The notes under the pieces are model-generated. The model ran no database searches. It was given only the letters and a program-made list of their open reading frames with translations, and had not been told where the DNA came from. Below are positions 47,583 through 57,444 of a stretch of DNA of 64,000 nt, one piece after another; position 1 is the stretch's first letter, and each line of letters opens with the position of its first letter. Position numbers and translations under genes: made by a program. The stretch is from assembly GCA_041664605.1 (NCBI GenBank), contig JBAYKO010000002.1, positions 7,453 through 71,452 on the forward strand. The letters are read 5' to 3'. Source of the DNA: Minisyncoccota bacterium (GTDB taxonomy: Bacteria; Patescibacteriota; Minisyncoccia; Phycocordibacterales; UBA9973).

Positions 47583-48689
47583 ATGGAAATAAACAAATTA
47601 AAAAATTCTGAAGTTGAAATAATTGGCGAAATTAGTGCTGAGGACTTTAAAAAATACGAAGAAAAAGCATTTGAAAAACTAGGAGAAAATATAGAAGTAG
47701 ACGGTTTTAGGAAAGGAAAAGTTCCAAGAAATATTTTAGAGGGTAAAATTCCTGAAATGAGCATACTTGAAGAAATGGCGGAAATGGCCCTGGCTGAAAA
47801 CTACCCAAAAATAATTATCGACAATAAGATCGACGCTATAAGCCGACCAGAAATTTCTATTACAAAAATTGCAAAAGGTGAGGCTCTTGGTTTCAAAATC
47901 AAAACTGCCGTAATGCCTGAAGTTAAACTTACTGATTATAAAAAAATCGCTAGTGCTGAAAACAAAGACAAAATAAAGGTTGAAGTCACTGATGAAGAAT
48001 TTGAAAAAACAATCTTAGAAATAAGAAAAATGAGGGCTCCAAAATTCGAAGGACAAGAAGAAGAACATAAGTGCGAAAACGAGAATTGTGAACATAAACC
48101 AGCTGAAATTAAAGCTAAATCCGACGCAGTCGGATCGCCCGACTCTTCTAAAGAAGAGTTTAGAGAAGAAGACCTCCCTACCCTAGACGATGACTTTGTA
48201 AAAACACTTGGAAAATTCGAAAACGTAGAAGATTTTAAAAATAAATTAAAAGAAAACATTCAAAAAGAAAAAGAAGTTACAGAAAAACAAAAGAAAAGGC
48301 TAAAAATAGTAGAGAAAATAATAGAAGAGTCTGTTATTGAATTACCTAGAATCTTGATCGATGTCGAACTAGATAAAATGATGCATCAAATGAAAGGTGA
48401 CATTTTAGCTATGGGGCTTCCATTTGAAGATTATTTAAAACATTTACAAAAAACAGAAGACGATATTAAAAAAGATTGGGAAAAAGAAGCAGAAAAGAGA
48501 GCAAAACTCCAACTTATAATCAATAAAATCCCACTAGACGAAAAAATTGAAGCTGAAAAAGATGCTGTTCAAAAAGAATTAGATGTAATTTTGGAACAAT
48601 ATAAAGACGCCGATCCAGAAAGAGCGAGAATTTATGTTGAATCAGTACTGACTAATGAAAAAGTATTTCAATTTCTCGAGAACCTCTAA
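47583..48689 (+). CDS. tig: Trigger factor lacking the PPIase (FKBP) domain
   Basis: N-domain signature DGFRKGKVPRNILE. The middle FKBP domain is replaced by a ~40-aa acidic segment with HKCENENCEHK. The C-terminal arm domain is present. Confidence 0.75.
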   Translation: MEINKLKNSEVEIIGEISAEDFKKYEEKAFEKLGENIEVDGFRKGKVPRNILEGKIPEMSILEEMAEMALAENYPKIIIDNKIDAISRPEISITKIAKGEALGFKIKTAVMPEVKLTDYKKIASAENKDKIKVEVTDEEFEKTILEIRKMRAPKFEGQEEEHKCENENCEHKPAEIKAKSDAVGSPDSSKEEFREEDLPTLDDDFVKTLGKFENVEDFKNKLKENIQKEKEVTEKQKKRLKIVEKIIEESVIELPRILIDVELDKMMHQMKGDILAMGLPFEDYLKHLQKTEDDIKKDWEKEAEKRAKLQLIINKIPLDEKIEAEKDAVQKELDVILEQYKDADPERARIYVESVLTNEKVFQFLENL

Positions 48690-48737
48690 TTAAAACTGGA
48701 ATTAATTTAAACAAAGATAATCTAAATTTATTACTTC

Positions 48738-48790
48738 TCGCCCCGCACTAAAAAATTTGAGCATTAGTTGAATTTTTTTAGTGCTGGGGT
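48738..48790. terminator. Hairpin (CCCCGCACTAAAAAATT ... AATTTTTTAGTGCTGGGG) after tig
   Basis: 17-bp inverted repeat with a 15-nt loop. The AGCACTAA arms are related to the hairpin at 12337-12434. Confidence 0.5.
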
Positions 48791-48870
48791 GTTCGAATTT
48801 CTAGAGAATCAATAAAATACAATAAAAATAACAGCCGTTTGCAATTTTGTCGCAAACGGCTGTTTTAATA

Positions 48871-49398
48871 TTAATCTCTGTTATAAGGAAAAACATAACC
48901 AGTATTAAACGTTTTCTTGGGTGCTGAACTTTTTATTTTCCCATCCAAATACATTTGAAGGATTTTTGCCGTATCAACCGAGGTCTTTAACTCAAAGATA
49001 ACTAAACTAGCAGACCCAGTAACAGAAAATGTGGCAGCACTAACTTTTAAATCTTTATGGGAATCAAGAAAATGACTTATTTTTTGACCAAATTCGCTCT
49101 GGTGATATGTCTCAAAAGTATAGACATTATTCCCAAAATTAGTAATACCGTTTTCTTCTTTTATTATTTTTGCAATAGTGTCACTAGAACCGGCAACTTG
49201 TTTGATGGAAGCAATGACATTGTTGTCAGTTTTATTTCCTGACGAACAAGATGTCAAAGGTCCCATAACACTGGGAATAGCTATAATAAACAGAAGAAAT
49301 AAAATTGCATAAAATTTTTCTAATCTCTCTTTTCTGAGAGAACCTTTTTTACTTTCCATATAATTTATTTTAGAACATTTCTGCCCCAACATTACCAA
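48871..49398 (-). CDS. Hypothetical secreted/lipoprotein-like protein (175 aa)
   Basis: Hydrophobic signal and a Cys near SCSSG; upstream motif TTTCTGCCCCAACATTACCA. Confidence 0.45.
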   Translation of the reverse strand: MVMLGQKCSKINYMESKKGSLRKERLEKFYAILFLLFIIAIPSVMGPLTSCSSGNKTDNNVIASIKQVAGSSDTIAKIIKEENGITNFGNNVYTFETYHQSEFGQKISHFLDSHKDLKVSAATFSVTGSASLVIFELKTSVDTAKILQMYLDGKIKSSAPKKTFNTGYVFPYNRD

Positions 49399-49513
49399 AT
49401 ATCAAAATATTGTCAATCCCAACTTGGACATCGGATGTCCAAGTTGGGGAAAATCAATAAAATAGTTACACAAAAGCCCCTGGTTGGGGGGCTTTTTATA
49501 AAGAGCTAAAATA

Positions 49514-50131
49514 CTATGCTTTGTCCATCCATGCCCAGAATGATTTCCATCCTGCAGGTACTTTTACAATAAATTTGAAAAGATTATACCCGAGAGCCGA
49601 AATCATAAATATGGCAGTATAAACAATAAGACAAAATGTTACTACTATGACAGCATTTGGAATTCCCCAAATTATGGTAGTGCAAAGGAAAATCCCAAAT
49701 AAAGAGACAATTGCCCTATTTATGATTGCTTTAACTTTACTTGAACCATCATAAGGGAGGTCCTGACATGCCATTAACATAGTAAAGCCAGTCACGACAA
49801 GGTATCCGTAGAAAACACCAGTATCTATTGATGCAAAACTGCAAAGAAAACATAATACAGATATTGCAGCCACAACTATAATTCCGGGATTAAAACCATC
49901 ATCTTTGTCTGATAATACAAAAATCAACAGACAGAATGGAATAATTACCAGTAAATCCCAAAATCTGGAAATAGGGCTTCCTGCGTCAAAAATCCACAGG
50001 TTAAACAAATTGAATTCAATTAACGGTGATTGCCTTGCGTATTCTGCCGGTAAAATATGTGGCATAACAAACAACCAGATTAATCCGAGAAGGATCGTTG
50101 CAAGAACTGAATACTTTAATGTCTTTTTCAT
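49514..50131 (-). CDS. Polytopic membrane protein (205 aa)
   Basis: 5-6 TM helices; driven by a consensus promoter at 50170-50205. Confidence 0.5.
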   Translation of the reverse strand: MKKTLKYSVLATILLGLIWLFVMPHILPAEYARQSPLIEFNLFNLWIFDAGSPISRFWDLLVIIPFCLLIFVLSDKDDGFNPGIIVVAAISVLCFLCSFASIDTGVFYGYLVVTGFTMLMACQDLPYDGSSKVKAIINRAIVSLFGIFLCTTIIWGIPNAVIVVTFCLIVYTAIFMISALGYNLFKFIVKVPAGWKSFWAWMDKA

Positions 50132-50169
50132 AGCATAAAATTTAAAGGTTCATGAATATATTTATCTAA

Positions 50170-50205
50170 CACAATTATAGCATTTTCAAGTTTGAATGTC
50201 AATCC
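50170..50205 (-). promoter_or_regulatory. Consensus sigma70-type promoter (TTGACA-17-TATAAT), near-identical copy of 16195-16228
   Basis: Minus sense: ATTGACATTCAAACTTGAAAATGCTATAATTGTG. -35 at 50197-50202, -10 at 50174-50179. Confidence 0.7.
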
Positions 50206-50380
50206 CCACACTTAGTTCCCTATAAAACCCTTTATTTTCAAAAGATTTTTTGTGCCTCTGGAGATTTCCACCACATAGGTCTTGCCTATGGGGTTGAAAA
50301 TGGTACCCAAAAACATATTTATGAACATGTTTATTATTTTTTAAAATTGCTGTACAATTAAAAAGAAATTTATAAGTAAC

Positions 50381-50719
50381 TTGTCCCGCCATCGGCGTGG
50401 ATTGAAAAAATCTATGTTTTTAGGAAATGAAATAGAAAAAACAATAAACTTATCCCCTGAAGAGCTTATATCAAAGAAAGAAACTGAAATAAAGCGTCTT
50501 GAAAAACTAAGAGCAAACACAAAAAATAATCTCGATAAGGAAAAAGAAGAAAGAATAAATCCTAAAAAACCAGAAAAAACAGATAAAAATTTTTTGAAAT
50601 GGGTAGATGAAACAGAAGATGAACTTGCGGGATATACAGTTACAATCATTAGGTTAGAACAAGAAGTTGAGGAGATAAAAGAAAAAAATAAAGAAAAATC
50701 ACATCAAATCGCTGCTTAA
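50381..50719 (+). CDS. Charged coiled-coil protein (about 100-112 aa)
   Basis: K/E-rich helical ORF; the start is uncertain. Confidence 0.4.
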   Translation: MSRHRRGLKKSMFLGNEIEKTINLSPEELISKKETEIKRLEKLRANTKNNLDKEKEERINPKKPEKTDKNFLKWVDETEDELAGYTVTIIRLEQEVEEIKEKNKEKSHQIAA

Positions 50720-50787
50720 TAAAAATTTTTTATATTATTAATTTATTATTGATTTTAATTAACTAGTCACTAGAACCTAGTCGCTAG

Positions 50788-51393
50788 TTGCTAACCAACA
50801 TGTTAATACCTACCGTTATAGAAAAATCACAATTTGGCGAAAGAGCTTATGATATCTATTCTCGATTACTTAAAGAACGCATTATCTTTTTAGGTGGTGT
50901 TATTGATGACGATGTCGCAAATATTATTATTGCTCAACTTATTTTTCTTGAACACGAAGATCCGAAACAAGATATTAAACTTTATATAAACTCCCCTGGC
51001 GGATCTGTCACTTCAGCTATGGCAATTTTTGACACAATGAATTATATAAAACCAGAAGTTCAAACAATTTGTGTTGGTGTTGCTGCTTCAGCAGCTGCTG
51101 TTTTACTTGCTTCTGGTAAAAAAGGAAAAAGATTTGCACTTCCAAATGCAGAAGTAATGATTCACCAAGTTATGGGTGGAACAGAAGGACAAGCTTCTGA
51201 TATTGAAATAGCGGCAAAACATATTTTGAAAACTAAAGAAAAATTAAATAAAATTTTAGCTAAAAGTACTGGCAAAACTCCAGCTCAAATAGAAAAAGAT
51301 TCTGATAGAGACAATTATATGTCAGCAGAGGAAGCAAAAGCTTACGGAATTATAGATGAAATAATAGATGAGACTAAATCGAGAAAATCTTAA
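50788..51393 (+). CDS. clpP: ATP-dependent Clp protease proteolytic subunit
   Basis: [14 protein letters not shown] (Ser), MIHQ (His) and DRD triad context. A CTAGAAC-like array precedes it at 50771-50800. Confidence 0.93.
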   Translation: MLTNMLIPTVIEKSQFGERAYDIYSRLLKERIIFLGGVIDDDVANIIIAQLIFLEHEDPKQDIKLYINSPGGSVTSAMAIFDTMNYIKPEVQTICVGVAASAAAVLLASGKKGKRFALPNAEVMIHQVMGGTEGQASDIEIAAKHILKTKEKLNKILAKSTGKTPAQIEKDSDRDNYMSAEEAKAYGIIDEIIDETKSRKS

Positions 51394-51470
51394 TCACCCA
51401 AAGAAAACTAAAACCAAAATAGAAATACAAAAGCCGTTCCGGTAATCCCGGAACGGCTTTTTAAATACTG

Positions 51471-52202
51471 TCATTCTGTTTTTTTACTTATTTCATCTTC
51501 CATAAAAGGTGACAACCCAATTTTTTCAAAAATAGAAATAAATTGTGCGGTTATCAAAACATACTTTGAGGTATTAAAATATAGGTGATTTTTTTGAAAA
51601 CATTCTTTTTGTCCTTCTTCTATTTCAATAAGGATTGTTTTTTCCTCAATCAATTTATCACGAAAAACATTTAGATATTCTTTATCATTTCCAGAAACTA
51701 TGGTAATGATAAAAGATTCTACTTCTTTAGCCCATTCTGAATTAGGAAAAACCCTATTTTGATTAAGAGCTCCAACAAAAATAGATACAACTCGCTGAAT
51801 ATTTAGCCCTTCTTTAATCAATTCATTAAAGATACCTAAAAGAAATTCTCTTTTTTCTTCTTCGGGCTTATTGACATTCCTAAGAAAAAAACCAAACACA
51901 GTATAAGTGCATTCATCAAAAAATCGCCTCATACCAAATTCAACAAAAGTTCTCATTCCAAATAAACTATCTATGGATAACTTTTTTATTTCAAATAAAC
52001 AAAAATCATTATTATTGGTATCCCCCATAAATAATTTTTGTAATAACACGACTTTTTTTTCAGAGAAATAATTGTACTTTTTACATACATTTAATTTTCT
52101 TTTAAGAGAAATAAGTGTAATACCACCCCAAAGGATAATAATCGCACCAACTACAAAAATCAAAATCAAAATAACACTCATATTAACAGTAGTCATATTC
52201 AC
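51471..52202 (-). CDS. Hypothetical N-terminally anchored protein (243 aa)
   Basis: N-terminal TM helix; no recognisable domain. Confidence 0.45.
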   Translation of the reverse strand: MNMTTVNMSVILILIFVVGAIIILWGGITLISLKRKLNVCKKYNYFSEKKVVLLQKLFMGDTNNNDFCLFEIKKLSIDSLFGMRTFVEFGMRRFFDECTYTVFGFFLRNVNKPEEEKREFLLGIFNELIKEGLNIQRVVSIFVGALNQNRVFPNSEWAKEVESFIITIVSGNDKEYLNVFRDKLIEEKTILIEIEEGQKECFQKNHLYFNTSKYVLITAQFISIFEKIGLSPFMEDEISKKTE

Positions 52203-52651
52203 CTCCTTTTAAATAACTATTTAAAATATCTGCCCAAATTCTACAAAATATTGAGTTGTTTGTCAACAAGCAGTAAAGTTTAATTAGAGCAGAGCGTCTT
52301 TTTTGAAAAAGACGCCCTGCTTGTATTTCTATTAGACAACAAAAATTAAAGGTGATAATATGTAGTTATCGAAATTTTATAAATTTTAGTCAAAAAATGC
52401 TTAGCTTAAAGAATAATTATTGTCTTAGCCCAGCCAAAGGCGGGCAGGTTCCAGAACCGAAAGAAGAGTTAAACAAATCGAAAAAACCTTTATTTATCTT
52501 ATGTATTCAAAACTTTTTCCAAAAAACGAAGTAAAAATAGAGAAAAAAATACATATCTAAAACCTACCTGCCGGTAGGCAGGCTTAGAAATCTAAGACAA
52601 TTTTGATGTTCCTAAAGCAAACCCACAAAAAATGGGCTGGCATAGAACATT

Positions 52652-54178
52652 ATGAGTTTACAATTAATATTACTTGGCATCGCAACATTAATCGTTGGCG
52701 GTGCAATCGGATACTATCTTCGATTTGTCATTTCCCTTGGAAAAAGGGGTGGCGTTGAGCTTGAAATCAAGCAAATGCTTCTTGGGGCAAAAGAAGAAGC
52801 CCAAAAAATCTTAGATGAGGCAAATAAAAAGGCCGAAGAAAAGACTAGTGAGCTAAAGGAAGTAGAAAAAACAAAAGAACAAGAGTTCAAAAAAACAGAA
52901 GACCGCCTTATTAAAAAGGAGGAGCTTTTGGATGGTAGACAAGTCGAAATCGACAGAGAAGTCGAGGGAATAAAGGTGAAAGTTGAAGAAATAAAGAAAA
53001 TTAGAGAAAGAACCGACAAAATGGAAGAAGAAAAGGAAGGTGAATTAGAAAAAATTGCTAGATTAACAAAAGAAGAAGCAAGAGACGAACTTCTCAACAC
53101 CATTGAAAAAAGATACGAAGAAGATTTCTTGATTAGAATGCAAAAGCTAGAAAATATGAGTGAAGAAAAATTGGACAGAAAAGCAAAAGATATCCTTGCA
53201 ACAACAATTCAAAGACTTTCATCATCCACAGCATCAGAACTTATGACAACTGTTGTAAATATTCCATCTGATGACATTAAAGGAAAAATTATTGGAAAAG
53301 AAGGAAGAAACATTCGCGCATTTGAAAGAGCATCAGGTGTTGAACTTATTGTTGATGACACACCAGGCTCAATTATTATTTCATCTTTTGATCCAGTAAG
53401 AAGACAAGTGGCAAGACTTGCCCTTGAAAATCTTATTTTAGATGGAAGAGTACAACCAGCAAAAATTGAAGAGATGGTTGAAAAAGCGAAAGAAGAAATA
53501 AATAAAATTATAAAAGAAAAAGGCGAACAAGCGGTTTATGAATGTGGAATATTTAATTTAGATCCAAGAATCACCGCAATTTTAGGAAGACTTTATTTCA
53601 GAACAAGTTATGGACAAAATGTTTTACAACATTCTATTGAAATGGCTCACATTGCAGGAATGCTAGCAGAAGAATTAGGAGCTGACGTTTCAATTGCAAA
53701 AGCAGGAGCATTGGTGCACGACATCGGAAAAGCGCTTGATCATGAAGTTCAGGGAACACACATTGATATTGGAATCAGAATTTTGCAAAAATTTGGCGCT
53801 GATCCAAAAATTGTTACTGCAATGAAGTCGCACCACGAAGATTATCCTTATGAAACAATTGAATCAATCATTGTTCAAACAGCTGACTCGATCTCAGGAG
53901 GAAGACCAGGAGCAAGAAGAGATACTATTGAAAATTATTTAAAGAGACTAGCTGATTTAGAAGCTGTTGCAAATGGTTTTCAGGGTGTTGAAAAATCTTA
54001 TGCTCTGCAAGCAGGACGTGAAATAAGAGTATTTGTTATCCCAGATAAAATTTCAGATATCGAAGCAAAAAATATGGCACGCGAAATGGCAGTTAAAATA
54101 GAAAACGAACTTAAATATTCAGGTGAAATTAAGGTGACGGTCATACGAGAGAATCGAGTTATAGAATACGCCCGATAA
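52652..54178 (+). CDS. rny: Ribonuclease Y
   Basis: N-terminal TM, coiled coil, KH domain (IGKEGRNIRAFE) and HD domain (HSIEMAHIAGMLA...LVHDIGK). Confidence 0.92.
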   Translation: MSLQLILLGIATLIVGGAIGYYLRFVISLGKRGGVELEIKQMLLGAKEEAQKILDEANKKAEEKTSELKEVEKTKEQEFKKTEDRLIKKEELLDGRQVEIDREVEGIKVKVEEIKKIRERTDKMEEEKEGELEKIARLTKEEARDELLNTIEKRYEEDFLIRMQKLENMSEEKLDRKAKDILATTIQRLSSSTASELMTTVVNIPSDDIKGKIIGKEGRNIRAFERASGVELIVDDTPGSIIISSFDPVRRQVARLALENLILDGRVQPAKIEEMVEKAKEEINKIIKEKGEQAVYECGIFNLDPRITAILGRLYFRTSYGQNVLQHSIEMAHIAGMLAEELGADVSIAKAGALVHDIGKALDHEVQGTHIDIGIRILQKFGADPKIVTAMKSHHEDYPYETIESIIVQTADSISGGRPGARRDTIENYLKRLADLEAVANGFQGVEKSYALQAGREIRVFVIPDKISDIEAKNMAREMAVKIENELKYSGEIKVTVIRENRVIEYAR

Positions 54179-54292
54179 TAAATAGGTTGTATGTTTTAGG
54201 GGATAGGTTGTAGTAAATACAGAAAAAGCCGGCATTTGCCGGCTTTTTTAAAAAAAATCATTCAATAAAACTATCAGTTACGAAAATAACAA

Positions 54293-54952
54293 TTAATGTA
54301 ACATCAATTTTTTTGCAGCCCCCTCTAGTAAATCGGGATAAAATGGTTCTTCATTCAGCCTATAAGATAAACCCGGCTGGCAATATATTTTCTTCTTTTC
54401 CTTCATTCCTTTAATGTAGGCATAATAAGGTGAAGTAAGTAATGCATTAGGAAGTAAATTCTCCAAATCCCCATTTTTTCTGAACATACGAATTTGGGCA
54501 TCTTCAGCATTAAAATAAATTGGCAATATTCCAAAATAATCGTTCTTATTAGGAATTAGATTGTTTATCTCACTACAATTACCCATAATTACTCTCCCAT
54601 TTCTTGAAAACAATGTTATAAATCCGATATTACCTATGTTTAATTGTTCCAATTCAATAGCTTTGCTTTGTAATTCTTTTGTTTTGAATGGTACATCGTT
54701 TACGTAATGATCATCATAATAGACATCAGTATCAAGATAGGGCTTTATTGGACAAGTTAATTGCTGTTGAGGCATCAGGTCGTGCATTCCTCTATTTGTT
54801 ACTTTTCTCAATTGAAGGCTTTCTTTAGAAAAGCCTATTGGAACAATAAGAACATAATCATTTTGATCAGGTAATAATTTATTAAATTCATTACACCCTA
54901 CAATGATTATTCTTTTATGACTTGCTGTCATTTGCATAAAATCTATTTTCAT
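54293..54952 (-). CDS. Hypothetical protein with internal tandem duplication (219 aa)
   Basis: Two ~100-aa repeats: IIIVGCNEFNKLLPDQNDYVLIVPIGFSKESLQLRKV and VIMGNCSEINNLIPNKNDYFGILPIYFNAEDAQIRMF. Confidence 0.5.
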   Translation of the reverse strand: MKIDFMQMTASHKRIIIVGCNEFNKLLPDQNDYVLIVPIGFSKESLQLRKVTNRGMHDLMPQQQLTCPIKPYLDTDVYYDDHYVNDVPFKTKELQSKAIELEQLNIGNIGFITLFSRNGRVIMGNCSEINNLIPNKNDYFGILPIYFNAEDAQIRMFRKNGDLENLLPNALLTSPYYAYIKGMKEKKKIYCQPGLSYRLNEEPFYPDLLEGAAKKLMLH

Positions 54953-55357
54953 AATATGTACTTTAAAATTTCTGCCTATAATTGTACTAAATTAAAATTG
55001 TTTTGTCAACATAAGACTATTTCTATATAGTATATAGGGTAATTATAAAAAAGCCTTATGAACAAAGGGTGAAATTTTGTTCACAAAATTTCACCCAAAT
55101 CCCCTTGTTTTATAAGACTTTATAACTTTACAACTTTATGAACTTTCTACTTTTTTTGCTTGCCTTAAAAAACCCTTGTTATATAATAGTATACGAAGCA
55201 CATTGGTAAAAAGGTGTTTATAGAATAAAGTCTTTTCATAATAAATGTGAGAAGATATTAGGTCGAAAAATTTTTAAATAATAAATTATTAGTTGATAGT
55301 TTTTAGTCTTTAGTTTTAATACTATTCACTACAACCTATAACCTATAACCTAATTAA

Positions 55358-55630
55358 ATGAATAAACAAGCAATTGTAGAAATGGTTCACGAAAAAATCG
55401 GTGGAACAAAAGTTCAAGCTGAGGAAATCGTAGACTCAATAATTGATTCTATTATAAAGACTTTGAAGAAAGGCGATGAAGTTTCAATCGCAGGTCTTGG
55501 AATCTTCTCCGTAAAAGCAAGAGCAGCAAGAACAGCAAGAAACCCAAAAACTGGAGCAGCTGTACAAGTTCCAGCAACAACGGTTCCAAAGTTCAGAGCA
55601 GCAAAGGCATTGAAAGATGCAGTAAAATAA
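55358..55630 (+). CDS. hup: DNA-binding protein HU
   Basis: 90 aa, GLGIFSVKARAARTARNPKTGA arm; preceded by the CTACAACCTATAACCTATAACC heptad array. Confidence 0.93.
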   Translation: MNKQAIVEMVHEKIGGTKVQAEEIVDSIIDSIIKTLKKGDEVSIAGLGIFSVKARAARTARNPKTGAAVQVPATTVPKFRAAKALKDAVK

Positions 55631-55788
55631 AATTTTTCTCTAGAGAAAAAGAAAAAATTCCACAAATTTGTGGAATTTTTTCTTTTAAAAATAACTTCCC
55701 TGCCTACCGGCAGGCAGGTTCTCGCGCGCGAAAAGAAACTTAAACAAAAAAATCCACACTATGTGGATTTTTTTGTTTGTAATTTTAT

Positions 55789-56454
55789 TTAAACTATTTT
55801 CTTAGATTCCCCATAATTATCATTTCTCATATTTTCACTGATTCTTGTTTTTAATCCATCAATTCTCTTTATTGTGTCCCAAAAATTTTTAACATCCTTC
55901 TTTCCGTTATAATTTTGATTAGTGTTTAAGATGGTTTTCAATTTTTCATATACCTCTGGAGCAGTTAACTCGGTAGAATTATTAGCTTTAATCATGTCAT
56001 TAATTTGTTTTCCAGAATCTGTTGTCAAAAGAAACTCTTTTACAGCAGAATGTTTTATATATTCTAAACGCTCTGATCTTTTTGCCCAAATTTCTTTATT
56101 TGTTTCATGGAAATCACTGTCTTTTTTGATTTCTGAAATTTGATCTGAGATATCATCAATCTCTTTTTCTATTGGACCAAGTACTCCAGAAAAAGTTTCA
56201 GACCGCTTTGGATTTTCATATCTTTCCCCAGCCATAACAGAAGTTCCTCTTTCTTCTAAAGCTTTTTTCATGTCATCGGATGGTTCACTTTTTTCAAGAA
56301 TACCAGATACATTCTTTTTTACCCCTAGTTCCTTAAGTCCTATTGTTGCATCCCTATGCTCTTCTCTTTTCTCTGTTTTTTGAGCTTCGAGTTCTTGTAT
56401 CTTTTTTTTATTTTCCCCTATCTTTTCTAAATTAAACATATTTTTACTCCACAA
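55789..56454 (-). CDS. Hypothetical charged protein (221 aa)
   Basis: K/E-rich ORF; terminator at 55752-55780. Confidence 0.4.
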   Translation of the reverse strand: MWSKNMFNLEKIGENKKKIQELEAQKTEKREEHRDATIGLKELGVKKNVSGILEKSEPSDDMKKALEERGTSVMAGERYENPKRSETFSGVLGPIEKEIDDISDQISEIKKDSDFHETNKEIWAKRSERLEYIKHSAVKEFLLTTDSGKQINDMIKANNSTELTAPEVYEKLKTILNTNQNYNGKKDVKNFWDTIKRIDGLKTRISENMRNDNYGESKKIV

Positions 56455-56564
56455 AAAGTGGGTCTATTATTAATTATTAAAATAATACATTAAAAAGGTG
56501 TTTTAACTATAAATACCCCCTTAAATAAGGATACAATAAATTTATAGAAAATGGAAATAATTCA

Positions 56565-57296
56565 TTAGATAAGTGTCGTTACCAAAAAAATAAATATCAC
56601 CCCAAAAATTGTAGCCAATAAAGTTTTAAAAGATGAATTTTCTCTGTGAGCTTCCGGTAAAATATCAGAGACCCCAATATACAAAAGAAAACCAGCAAAA
56701 AATCCTAGATAAATAATTAGCGCTCCCTTTGGAAGAGTAAAAAATAAAGTTGAAATTCCTCCAAGCACAGGCGCAAGTGCGCTAAAAAATAAAAACTTTT
56801 TTGCCCTACTCTCACTATTTTTATGATTCAACATTAATGAAACCGTGTTTAGCCCATCAGAAAAATCATGAGCAATCACAGCAAGCGCAATCAATATTCC
56901 TGTGGCTCCTGAAACCTGAAAACCAAGACCAATCGCAACACCATCTAAAAATGAATGCCCTATTAAGGCCATGGCTTGCGCTACACCAACCGTAGGATGT
57001 TTGTGTGGACCATAATCATCTTCATGACTGTGGTGAATTAAAATTGTTTTTTCAAGTGTATGAAAAAGTAAAAACGCAACAACAAGAGCAATCATTGGAT
57101 AAAGTGGATTCATTCCCGTCTCCCCTATTAAATTTATAATTTCAGGAAAAACATCAAAAGCAATAACCGCCAAAATAACCCCAGCGGTAAAACCAAGAAT
57201 TATTCGTAAATTTTTTTTAAATTTAAGACCAAAAAAACCCCCTAAAATAGTGGATATGAATGTAAGAAAAATAAAAAATAAAAATGATGGATTCAT
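56565..57296 (-). CDS. ZIP-family metal cation transporter (ZupT-like)
   Basis: HSFLDGVAIGLGF and AHDFSDGLNTV motifs, polytopic. The start is probably the internal Met (MNPSFLFF) because the upstream 27 nt form the GCGGGTACGCCCGC minihelix. Confidence 0.8.
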   Translation of the reverse strand: MNPSFLFFIFLTFISTILGGFFGLKFKKNLRIILGFTAGVILAVIAFDVFPEIINLIGETGMNPLYPMIALVVAFLLFHTLEKTILIHHSHEDDYGPHKHPTVGVAQAMALIGHSFLDGVAIGLGFQVSGATGILIALAVIAHDFSDGLNTVSLMLNHKNSESRAKKFLFFSALAPVLGGISTLFFTLPKGALIIYLGFFAGFLLYIGVSDILPEAHRENSSFKTLLATIFGVIFIFLVTTLI

Positions 57297-57444
57297 GGTT
57301 AAAATTAGCGGGTACGCCCGCACACTGACTTTGCCATTATTCTGCTTTTTAAATATAAAAAATTTATTTTAAATAACTTAACTGAACATAATTTGTGTTG
57401 AGACTATATCTATCGGCAGAATAAAAGCAATGGCAAAGTAAGTG

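Noticed and set aside
50186-50392. 68-aa minus ORF, or a possible ncRNA in the GC-richer 50205-50340 stretch
   Set aside because: The ORF has no support. The region contains a CCCCACAC motif and a small hairpin, but I could not recognise SRP, 6S, tmRNA or RNase P signatures. It is left unannotated.
52714-53103. 129-aa Ser-rich ORF antisense to rny
   Set aside because: It is an antisense artefact of the K/E-rich coiled-coil coding region.
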